From Macrostomum lignano (lineage: Eukaryota), in the NCBI GenBank assembly GCA_002269645.1, contig NIVC01004077.1:1-61639 (forward strand): a DNA stretch of 61,639 bases, in the 5' to 3' direction. The notes under the pieces were generated by a model. The model worked only from the letters and a program-made list of their open reading frames with translations. It had not been told where the DNA came from and ran no database searches. This document shows positions 38,601 through 49,310 of this stretch, piece after piece; positions within the stretch are counted from its first letter, which is position 1, and every line of letters starts with the position of its first letter. Position numbers and translations under genes: made by a program.

Positions 38601-39008
38601 CTCCCTCCTCTTCCTATCCCCTCCCTCCTCTCCCTCATCCCCTCCCTCTCACTCCCTCCATTCCTCTTCTACCCCCTCTCTTCCCCTTCCTCTCTGCTTC
38701 CTCTCCGAGCCTCACCTGGGGAAGTTTATGCAGTAGACGCCGTACTGCTGGAAGCCGGCCAGGCTGTCCACGAACACCTGGGAAAAGTCGCGCAGGCTGC
38801 GCTGGTGCCGCTCAAGGCGGCGCAGGAGCCCGCGATGAAATTCGCACAGGCTCTCGAGATTGCTGAACACCGTGTTCACTGTGTCCTCTGAGAACAGCTG
38901 CCGCTCCTGCTTCATGGGCGATATGTAGCCCTGGGATGCGGATGGGGACGGGTGTCAGGGAGTCCGACTGTCTGTCTGCCTGCCTGCCTGCCTATCTGTC
39001 TGTCTGTA

Positions 39009-39075
<67 letters not shown>

Positions 39076-39172
39076 GTCTGTCTGTCTGTCTGTCTGCCTG
39101 CCTGTCTGTCTGTCTGTCTGTCTGTCTGTCTGCCTGCCTATCTGTCTGTCTGTCTGTCTGTCTGTCTGCCTA

Positions 39173-39253
<81 letters not shown>

Positions 39254-42200
39254 GTCTGTCTGTCTGCCTGCCTGCCTGCCTGCCTGTCTGTCTGTCTGTC
39301 CGTCTGTCCGTCTGTCTGTCTGTCTGTCTGTGTCTGTCTGTCTGTCTGCCTGCCTGCCTGTCTGTCTGTCTGTCTGTCTGCCTGCCTGCCTGTCTGTCTG
39401 TCTGTCTTAGTGTCTGCCCCGATCAGCGGCCACTCACATCAACCAGCACGGCCAGGTCCTTAACGTAGGCGGCCTCGGTGGTGACGATCTCGGCCACCAC
39501 CCGCTGCCAGGGCTCGGTCGGATTGGCTGATCCACCGCCGTCGAAGCCGCCGCCTGGCCCGCTGCCCACCGGCAGGGAGCAGGAGGAGCCGCCGGCGCCC
39601 TGCATAGTGGAGGCCGGCATGGGGCAGGCCGCCTGCCGCAGGCTGCTGGGACCGCACTGGCTGGCAGACAGCGGCAGGCTGGGCGAGCTGTTCAGAGCCG
39701 CGGACTGAACTTCCGCTGTTGCCTCGGCCGTCTGCTGCTGAGGCGGCGGCGGCGGTTGCCGGGCCTTTGATCTCGCCGGCAGAGTTTGATAGCCGCGGCT
39801 GGCGACAAAGGACTGACTGGCTGACTGCGCAGCCGTGTGCTGCGGGCTGAAAGACTTCTGCTGCTGGGCAGCTGCGGCCTGCTGCTCGGCGCTGGCCGCT
39901 GTTGCTGAGGGCGACGCGCGGGACTGGCGAGAAGAGCCGCCGACCAGACTGGCGGAGGCCCTGCGACCGATGATCTGCCGGTTGGTCAGCACAACCACGT
40001 CTGTGGGATCGAGCAGGTCGCCGAGGTCCTCCTCCTCCTCCTCGTCTTCGTCTTCTTCGCCTTCGTCGTCGGCCTCTTCGCCTTCGCCTTCGCCTTCGAC
40101 GGTTCGCGAGGCTGACGACGGTTCGGTGGCCGCGGTGTCGAACTCGGTCAGGACGTTGGACGAGAGGTCAAGAGAGGACCCTGCAGCGGCGGGGGGGGGG
40201 ACGGGCAATAGTAGTTTCCGATCTGCTTCAGCAACTGCGGAGCTGAGCGGGACAGCGAGAAAATGATTGCAGACCCGCTGGGCCGGGGCTTGAAGGGAAA
40301 AATGGCAGAAAAAATGAGGATCTGGGGGAGAATGCCAATGCCCGGGGATTCGCTGAGGCCCCCCAAGCTGCATAGCTGGCGCTGGCCAGAGAGGATTTGC
40401 AGCTCGTCAGTTTTTAGAGGCAGGCGGCACCCGAATGCATGGGAGGGGAAGCCGGCCATGGTGGTTACGTAACTGGGGAGGAAAAGGAAGGCCTGAGGAA
40501 TGAAGCGAGACGCCAAGTGCACTGGGTAGAGGCCGAGAAGAGGAGAGGATCGAGAGGGAGATAGAGAACAGCGAGGATTTTAATATGGGGAGGGGAGAAT
40601 GTTAGCCCTGGAAAGCAGGACGGGAACTGAGAATTCGATGAGCCCTGGACAGAGCACAGACAAGCCGAGTACAGAAGACTCGATGGCGCTGAAAAATCAA
40701 TTAATAGCACAGAAAAGGTGCCGACGTCAGAGTTGAGCTTATCTGCTGAGCGCTCTCTCTCTCTCTGCACAGCACACGCGCCAAAAGATGAGAAATGCGT
40801 CCCGCTATCGAGCAATAAATTAGCAGGTCTTTATAGATAAAGTCGTAAGAATATCTTCAACTGGGGGGCAAGACAGCTCAGCCGCAGCTATTGCGTGGCG
40901 CATCTGAAGGCTGAGTACGGCTGTTCAGTCCAAGGACTGGGGGGTCGCCACACACCCTCAAATTACCCCAGCTAATGCTGGCACCCAGTTAATAGCTGGG
41001 TGAACTAAAGTAATGCGGTGTTGAATACCTTGCTCAAAGACACAAATTGTTCCAGTGGGATCGGGAATCGAACCCCCGACCTTCAATTCGTGAGTCAGCT
41101 CTATCCACTAGGCTACAACCCCTACTCTCTAACTCTCTCCTCTCCTCTCTCCTCTCCTCTCTTCTCTCCTCTCCTTTCTCCTCTCTTCTCTCCTCTCCTG
41201 TTCTCTCTCCTCTCTTCTCTCCTCTCCTGTTCTCTCTCCTCTCTTCTCTCCTCTCCTGTTCTCTCTCCTCTCTTCTCTCCTCTCCTGTTCTCTCTCCTCT
41301 CTTCTCTCCTCTCCTGTTCTCTCTCCTCTCTTCTCTCCTCTCCTGTTCTCTCTCCGCTCTTCTCTCCTCTCCTCTCATCTGCTCTCCTTTCTCCTCTCTT
41401 CTCTCCTCTCCTGTTCTCTCTCATCTCTTCTCTCCTCTCCTGTTCTCTCTCCTCTCTTCTCTCCTCTCCTGTTCTCTCTCCTCTCTCCTCTCCTCTCCTC
41501 TCATCTGCTCTCCTTTCTCCTCTCTTCTCTTCTCTCCTCTCTTCTCACCTCTCCTCCCTCATCTCCTCACCTCACCTCTCCTCTATTCTCTACTCTCAGC
41601 CTATGAAACCAATATAAACCGATATTTAAAAGATCACTCACCGTTTACAGAGTGAAGTTTTTAACTCGATGATAAAAATCTCTTCTATGTTGATTTTAGC
41701 AGATCTTTCCAAAATCGCAGCTTCAGCTTGCACAAGTTAGAATTGCCCTGGCTGCACTTTTGTGCACTAGACTAGGGGCCAGCAACACACATTATATATA
41801 CACAATATGAAGGCGGCAGCCGGCCCAAATGCCGCCAACCGTACAGCCAGACAGCAACCAGCTCGTACCGCGCAGCACTTGGCCGCCAGGAGGATGGGTT
41901 GGCAGAGAAGCCACCAGCCGCAAATCTTCACCCACCAAAAGCCTCTCGGCTCCCGAACTTCCCTAGTCTCCCTCATCTCTTCTTCCCTACAAAATCCCGC
42001 AGTGGAATGCGGCTTTGTCCTCGTTCCTCATTCCCTCCCTCGACCGCCAACTGGGGATCAGGAAGGCAGGCGAAGCCCCAGGCTGCTGTGAATGAATTGC
42101 CCGCGCCTGAATGGAAAAGGCGCGGGTCGCCCAGCCAGTTAGCGAGCAAATTTTCGCGCGGCCAACGTGCCCAACTGCTGTATATTGTAGCTCTGCACAA

Positions 42201-45200
42201 GGACACCTGGAACCGAGAACCTGGACTGCCAACTTCTCCCTACAGCTTCCCTCTTCTCTCCCTACGGCTTCCTTCTACACTCCCGACAGCTTCCTTCTAC
42301 ACTCCCGACAGCTTCCCTCTGCTCTCCCTACAGCTTCCCTCTGCTCTCCCTACAGCTTCCCTCTTCTCTCCCTACAGCTTCCCTCTTCTCTCCCTACAGC
42401 TTCCCTCTTCTCTCCCTACAGCTTCCCTCTTCTCTCCCTACAGCTTCCCTCTTCTCTCCCTACAGCTTCCCTCTCCTATCCCTACAGCTTCCCTCTTCCC
42501 TCCCTACAGCTTCCCTCTTCTCTTCCTACAGCTTCCCTCTCCTCTCCCTACAGCTTCCCTCTCCTCTCCCTACAGCTTCCCTCTTCTCTCCCTACAGCTT
42601 CCCTCTCCTCTCGCTACAGCTTCCCTCTCCTCTCGCTACAGCTTCCCTCTCCTCTCCCTACAGCTTCCCTCTCCTCTCCCGACAGCTTCCCTCTTCTCTC
42701 CCTACAGCTTCCCTCTCCTCTCCCTACAGCTTCCCTCTCCTCTCCCTACAGCTTCCCTCTCCTCTCCCTACAGCTTCCCTCTTCTCTCCCTACAGCTTCC
42801 CTCTCCTCTCGCTACAGCTTCCCTCTCCTCTCCCTACAGCTTCCCTCTCCTCTCCCGACAGCTTCCCTCTTCTCTCCCTACAGCTTCCCTCTCCTCTCCC
42901 GACAGCTTCCCTCTTCTCTCCCTACAGCTTCCCTCTCCTCTCCCTACAGCTTCCCTCTCCTCTCCCTACAGCTTCCCTCTCCTCTCCCTACAGCTTCCCT
43001 CTTCTCTCCCTACAGCTTCCCTCTCCTCTCCCTACAGCTTCCCTCTCCTCTCCCTACAGCTTCCCTCTCCTCTCCCTACAGCTTCCCTCTCCTCTCCCTA
43101 CAGCTTCCCTCTTCTCTCCCTACAGCTTCCCTCTCCTCTCCCTACAGCTTCCCTCTCCTCTCCCTACAGCTTCCCTCTTCTCTCCCTACAGCTTCCCTCT
43201 CCTCTCCCTACAGCTTCCCTCTCCTCTCCCTACAGCTTCCCTCTCCTCTCCCTACAGCTTCCCTCTCCTCTCCCTACAGCTTCCCTCTCCTCTCCCTACA
43301 GCTTCCCTCTCCTCTCCCTACAGCTTCCCTCTCCTCTCCCTACAGCTTCCCTCTCCTCTCCCTACAGCTTCCCTCTCCTCTCCCTACAGCTTCCCTCTCC
43401 TCTCCCTACAGCTTCCCTCTCCTCTCCCTACAGCTTCCCTCTCCTCTTCCTACAGCTTCCCTCTCCTCTCCCTACAGCTTCCCTCTCCTCTCCCTACAGC
43501 TTCCCTCTCCTCTCCCTACAGCTTCCCTCTCCTCTCCCTACAGCTTCCCTCTCCTCTCGCTACAGCTTCCCTCTCCTCTCCCTACAGCTTCCCTCTCCTC
43601 ACCCTACGGCTTCCCTCTCCTCTCCCTACAGCTTCCCTCTCCTCTCCCTACAGCTTCCCTCTCCTCTCCCTACAGCTTCCCTCTCCTCTCCCTACAGCTT
43701 CCCTCTCCTCTCCCTACAGCTTCCCTCTCCTCTCCCTACAGCTTCCCTCTCCTCTCCCTACAGCTTCCCTCTCCTCTCCCTACAGCTTCCCTCTCCTCTC
43801 CCTACAGCTTCCCTCTCCTCTCCCTACAGCTTCCCTCTCCTCTCCCTACAGCTTCCCTCTCCTCTCCCTACAGCTTCCCTCTCCTCTCCCTACAGCTTCC
43901 CTCTCCTCTCCCTACAGCTTCCCTCTCCTCTCCCTACAGCTTCCCTCTCCTCCCAGATTTCTTCGCAGTGTCCTCTTGCCTCCCCTATGCCAAAGCAGCT
44001 GAAGAGATGAAAACACTGCACTGTCTACTGATGACAGTTTGGCCAGTAGCCAGTAGCGAATTCGCCGCATGCGAATAAACCCAGCAAAAAATTGCAGCTC
44101 CATTAGTTGAACTGACAGAGGCCCGACCGAATTAGATTTTGTTTAACTCCCGAAACTCCCAGCCTTGGCTTCCCCTCTCTGCCCTCCAGCTCGCCCAACC
44201 GCCAGCCAACTCAACTTGAGCACACAAGTTTCTGGGCTGACTGGCGCCTCCTGCTTAACTGCGCTTTGAGATGGGGAATAAGAGAGAGAGGAGCTGATGT
44301 CCTTATCTAGCTCTCCGAAGCTCATTATAGCATCCAATACGTTCGTATTACAGTATCCAGTAATTACAGTACACTATATTACAGTATCCAGTAATTACAG
44401 CACAATATATTACAGTATCCATTAATTACAGTACACTATATTACAGTATCCATTAATTACAGTACACTATATTACAGTATCCAGTAATTACAGTACACTA
44501 TATTACAGTATCCAGTAATTACAGTACACTATATTACAGTATCCATTAATTACAGTACACAATATTACAGTATCCATTAATTACAGTACACAATATTACA
44601 GTATCCAGTAATTACAGTACACTATATTACAGTATCCATTAATTACAGTACACTATATTACAGTATCCAGTAATTACAGTACACTATATTACAGTATCCA
44701 TTAATTACAGCACACTATATTACAGTATCCAGTAATTACAGCACAATATATTACAGTATCCATTAATTACAGTACACTATATTACAGTATCCATTAATTA
44801 CAGTACACTATATTACAGTATCCAGTAATTACAGTACACTATATTACAGTATCCAGTAATTACAGTACACTATATTACAGTATCCAGTAATTACAGTACA
44901 CTATATTACAGTATCCAGTAATTACAGTACACTATATTACAGTATCCAGTAATTACAGTACACTATATTACAGTATCCAGTAATTACAGTACACTATATT
45001 ACAGTTATCTAGTAATCACAGTACACTATATTACAGTATCCAGTAATTACAGTACACTATATTACAGTATCCAGTAATTACAGTATTCTATTTGTTGCTA
45101 AGTAGTTGATATGATATACCGCTAATGATTCTGATAGTTTTAAGTCAGGTCAGATAAATTTAGAAAAGTCTTCTATATCTAGAAGTTGATTTGAGCAGTT

Positions 45201-46877
45201 CAACAATAAGCAAGGGGCAGAGTGCCAATTATATTCCACAGTCGCGCTCCCTTCTCCCCAACACATGCGTAGGTGCCAGGAAGGAACTGGCCTCGAACAC
45301 TTAGAGTGAGTCATTCCGGTGCACTTTTGCGCAATGCGCGGTAACGGCTGGCTGGCTGGCTGGCTGGCTGAGTGACACACACTGTGCTACCAGTAGATGT
45401 TCGAGTTTGCCTGTCTGTGTGGTATGAGTCAGTCCCGCTCTCATATCTCATATTATGTAAGCTGAAGCCACTGCGGTGCAGCACCCGTGATATACAGATG
45501 CTAAGTTGCAAGTTCACTGTGTCCTTAGCCGATTTCAGACCAGCAAACTGGTGTAAGTAAATAGAGACTGACTGCACCGTGAGGTGAACATTTGAAGGTG
45601 AATGGCGATTCTCGTGGCATGGCGACTCTTGATTATGCTAAGGGGAGATTCTTGACGATGCTAAGGGGCGATTCTTGACGATGCTAAGGGGAGATTCTTG
45701 ATTTGCTAAGGGGCGATTCTTGACGATGCTAAGGGGAGATTCTTGACGATGCTAAGGGGCGATTCTTGACGATGCTAAGGGGCGATTCTTGATTTGCTAA
45801 GGGGAGATTCTTGACGATGCTAAGGGGAGATTCTTGGTGATGCTAAGGGGCGATTCTTGATGATGCAAACGGGCGATTCTTGATGATGCTAAAAGGCGAT
45901 TGCTGAAGATGCTAAGGGGCGATTCTTGATGATGCAAACGGGCGATTCTTGATGATGCTAAAAGGCGATTGCTGAAGATGCTAAGGGGCGATTCTTGATG
46001 ATGCTAAGGGGCGATTCTTGATTATGATAAGGGGGCGATTCTTGATTATGATAAGGGGGCGATTCTTGATGATGCTAAGGGGCGATTCTTGATGATGCTA
46101 AGGGGCGATTCTTGATTATGATAAGGGGGCGATTCTTGATGATGCTAAGGGGCGATTCTTGATTATGATAAGGGGGCGATTCTTGATGATGCTAAGGGGC
46201 GATTCTTGATTATGATAAGGGGGCGATTCTTGATGATGCTAAGGGGCGATTCTTGATTATGATAAGGGGGCGATTCTTGATGATGCTAAGGGGCGATTCT
46301 TCATGATTTTAAGAGACGATTCATGATGATGCTAAGGGGCGATTCTTGATGATGCTAAGGGTGATTCATGATGATGATGATGACGATGATGATAAGGAGT
46401 GATTCTTAATGATGCTAATGGGCGATTCTTGATGATGCTAAGGGGCGATTCTTCATGATTTTAAGAGACGATTCATGACGATGCTAAGGGGAGATTCTTG
46501 ATGATGCTAAGGGTGATTCATGATGATGATGATGACGATGATGATAAGGAGTGATTCTTAATGATGCTAAGGGGCGATTCTTGATGATGCTAAGAGGCGA
46601 TTAAGAGGTAAAGGCTTAACAGAAACCAATAAAGCCCTAAGTTAAGCACACCATTCTCACCGAAAAAATCAGTCCAGTTATTCAACGAAACGATGCTCTT
46701 GCAAGACACTCCCCGATCCTGGGCTGCGGCGACAGCGGCCGCTGCGGCCGCGGCGGCGGCACCCGAGCCGGCGAAACGGCCGGCGGGACCGGCGGGCTTC
46801 TTTGAGCGCAAACTGACGGCCCCAGTTAACAGCTGCTGCTGTTGCTGCTGCTGCTGCGGATGTGGCGGCTTCTCCAT
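32690..46877 (-). CDS. PLEKHG1/2/3-like: DH-PH Rho guanine nucleotide exchange factor, PLEKHG1/2/3-like, ~1330 aa; exons 46877-46661 (tentative), 40180-39438, 38930-38716, 37717-37567, 36666-35834, 34516-32690 (1-nt frameshift near 33437)
   Basis: DH: [51 protein letters not shown]. Linker/PH: [67 protein letters not shown]. Splice phases 1,0,2,0,2 are consistent. The first exon is less certain. Confidence 0.9.
34575..35785. repeat. ~23-bp minisatellite GGGGCGATTCTCAG(TGTGACTTC/GGTGATTTG) filling the last RhoGEF intron
   Basis: Directly visible; two interspersed unit variants. Confidence 0.97.
36790..37372. repeat. 36-bp minisatellite AGGGGGCGGAACAGGGGCGGATTTATACAAGCCGTT
   Basis: Directly visible, in a RhoGEF intron. 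Confidence 0.97.
37812..38690. repeat. 21-bp pyrimidine minisatellite CCCTCCCTCCTCTCCCTCATC
   Basis: Directly visible; fills the intron between two DH-domain exons. Confidence 0.97.
38967..39407. repeat. (TCTG/CCTG)n microsatellite
   Basis: Directly visible; fills a RhoGEF intron. Confidence 0.97.
40909..41121 (-). mobile_element. tRNA-derived SINE with a CORE/V-like central motif
   Basis: The minus strand begins GGGTTGTAGCCTAGTGG (A box) and contains GGTTCGATTCC (B box, 41074-41064), followed by GTGTCTTTGAGCAAGG. Second copy at 8618-8811. Confidence 0.85.
41125..41590. repeat. ~29-bp CT-rich minisatellite CTCTCCTCTCCTGTTCTCTCTCCTCTCTT
   Basis: Directly visible; abuts the SINE 5' end. Confidence 0.93.
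42236..43952. repeat. 22-bp minisatellite CTACAGCTTCCCTCTCCTCTCC, ~78 copies
   Basis: Directly visible; source of the 655- and 703-aa periodic ORFs. Confidence 0.98.
44347..45085. repeat. 31-bp minisatellite ATTACAGTATCCA(G/T)TAATTACAGTACACTAT
   Basis: Units start at 44347, 44378 and so on. Confidence 0.97.
45630..46590. repeat. ~23-bp minisatellite AAGGGGCGATTCTTGATGATGCT
   Basis: Directly visible; ends ~70 nt from the candidate first-exon donor. Confidence 0.96.
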
Positions 46878-47094
46878 GTGGACGGCTGCACTGCCGTGTG
46901 GGACATTTAATAGCCTGTGCGGATGGCGGCCCAACGATCAGTGCCGACCGGTCATTCGGGTGCTGCTGCCGGGGTGTCAGGGAGTGTCAGAGCTGCTGGT
47001 GCTTGCGGTGCGGGCTGGGCTGCAAACTGCAGGGGGGAGAATCGCTGGCTGAACTGTTGGGTGCTTCTGGGTACTGCAACTGGGATAGGGAATC

Positions 47095-48050
47095 ATAGGA
47101 TGCAGGGCGGGTGTGGCAGAGGGTACTGTGGGGAGGGTGGGATGCAGGGACGGGTACTGTGGGGAGGGTGGGATGCAGGGACGGGTACTGTAGGGTGGGA
47201 TGCAGGGAGGCTACTGAGGGGAGGGTGGGATGCAGAGAAGCTACTGTGGGGAGGGTGGGATGCAGGGAGGCTACTGTGGGGAGGGTGGGATGCAGGGAGG
47301 CTACTGAGGGGAGGGTGGGATGCAGAGAGGCTACTGTGGGGAGGTTGGGATGCAGGGAGGCTACTGTGGGGAGGGTGGGATGCAGAGAGGCTACTGTGGG
47401 GAGGTTGGGATGCAGGGAGGCTACTGAGGGGAGGGTGGGATGCAGAGAAGCTACTGTGGGGAGGGTGGGATGCAGGGAGGCTACTGAGGGGAGGGTGGGA
47501 TGCAGGGAGGCTACTGAGGGGAGGGTGGGATGCAGAGAAGCTACTGTGGGGAGGGTGGGATGCAGGGAGGCTACTGTGGGGAGGTTGGGATGCAGGGAGG
47601 CTACTGAGGGGGGTGGGATGCAGAGAAGCTACTGTGGGGAGGGTGGGATGCAGGGAAGCTACTGTGGGGAGGGTGGGATGCAGGGAGGCTACTGAGGGGA
47701 GGGTGGGATGCAGAGAAGCTACTGTGGGGAGGTTGGGATGCAGGGACGGGTACTGTGGGGAGGGTGGGATGCAGGGACGGGTACTGTGGGGAGGGTGGGA
47801 TGCAGAGAAGCTACTGTGGGGAGGGTGGGATGCAGGGAGGCTACTGTGGGGAGGTTGGGATGCAGGGAGGCTACTGAGGGGAGGGTGGGATGCAGAGAAG
47901 CTACTGTGGGGAGGGTGGGATGCAGGGAAGCTACTGTGGGGAGGGTGGGATGCAGGGAGGCTACTGAGGGGAGGGTGGGATGCAGGGAGGCTACTGAGGG
48001 GAGGGTGGGATGCAGAGAAGCTACTGTGGGGAGGTTGGGATGCAGGGACG
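47095..48050. repeat. 30-bp G-rich minisatellite GGGTGGGATGCAGGGAGGCTACTG(T/A)GGGGA
   Basis: Directly visible. Confidence 0.97.
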
Positions 48051-48715
48051 GTTACCGAGGTAGGGATTCAAAGAGACTGATCCGGAGGTCCTGGGGCACA
48101 GACAGACATAATAAAAGCATATGGTAGCTAAAATCAACAGAAAATCGATATTAATATTTTGCTAGTTCATCTTGGTCCCTCTACGACAATAAGACCATCA
48201 AATAGAAAATTAGTTAAAGAAAACAGTTTATCTGAGACGCAGAAGCTCCGGAATGCAGCGAAAGGCGAAAAGTTTTCTGCAAAGCCTGCAGGCCAAGAAG
48301 CAAGTGTTGCGAATGGCCATGAGTGCACCGCAGCCAGAGCTAGCCTGTCTGGGGGGGGGGGGCACAGATGCAAACAAGAGACGCACTCAAGCAGCTCTGA
48401 CGCAGGCGCTAGACTGCGCATTAATTGCCCCAAATATTATATTATTTTACTGCACCCAATTGCCAGTCACACTGAGCTGACAAATTGCTTAGGCCTGGTT
48501 CCTGGCCTCCCCCCTCCCCAACCCAGGAAACACTTCAAAGCACTGGCCGAAAATGCATCGTTGAATTGAGAGTTGAAAGCGGAGCGGAAACTAAAAAGCA
48601 TATTTGAGTGCGTTTAGTTAACTGCTTTTAGCGGTTTCTGGCCCACCCAAAGAATTAGTGACTTCTATAATTATGATCTGGCTAATATATTTTTAATTGC
48701 TTTTTCCGCTGCCCC

Positions 48716-49310
48716 CCAGACTCTTCAGATGACGCAGCTGCCTTCCCAGACCCTTCAGATGGCGCCGCTGTCTCCCCAGACCCTTCAAATGACGCCGCTG
48801 TCTCCCCAGACCCTTTAGATGGTGCAGCTGGCTCCCCATACCCTTCAGATGGTGCAGCTGGCTCCCCAGACCCTTCAGATAATGCAGCTGGCTCCCCAGA
48901 CCCTTCAGATGACGCCGCTGTCTCCCAGACCCTTCAGATGACGCCGCTGTCTCCCAGACCCTTCAGATGACACCGCTGTCTCCCAGACCCTTCAGGTGGC
49001 ACCGCTGGCTCCCCAGACCCTTCAGATGGTGCAGCTGGCTCCCCAGACCCTTCAGATGGTGCCGCTGTCTCCCCAGACCCTTCAGATGGTGCAGCTGGCT
49101 CCCCAGACCCTTCAGATGGTGCCGCTGGCTCCCCAGACCCTTCAGATGGTGCAGCTGGCTCCCCATACCCTTCAAATGGTGCAGCTGGCTCCCCAGACCC
49201 TTCAGATGGTGCCGCTGTCTCCCCAGACCCTTCAGATGGTGCCGCTGGCTCCCCAGACCCTTCAGATGGTGCCGCTGTCTCCCCAGACCCTTCAGATGAC
49301 ACCGCTGCCT
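48716..49310. repeat. 30-bp minisatellite CCAGACCCTTCAGATGGTGC(A/C)GCTG(G/T)CTCC
   Basis: Directly visible. Confidence 0.97.

Noticed and set aside
41899-44078. 703-aa and 655-aa ORFs
   Set aside because: Read-through of a stop-free 22-bp minisatellite inside a RhoGEF intron; no splice or domain evidence.
44143-44337. Additional RhoGEF coding exon
   Set aside because: No ATG at the listed ORF start and no clear splice pair; exons 46661 and 40180 already join in phase.
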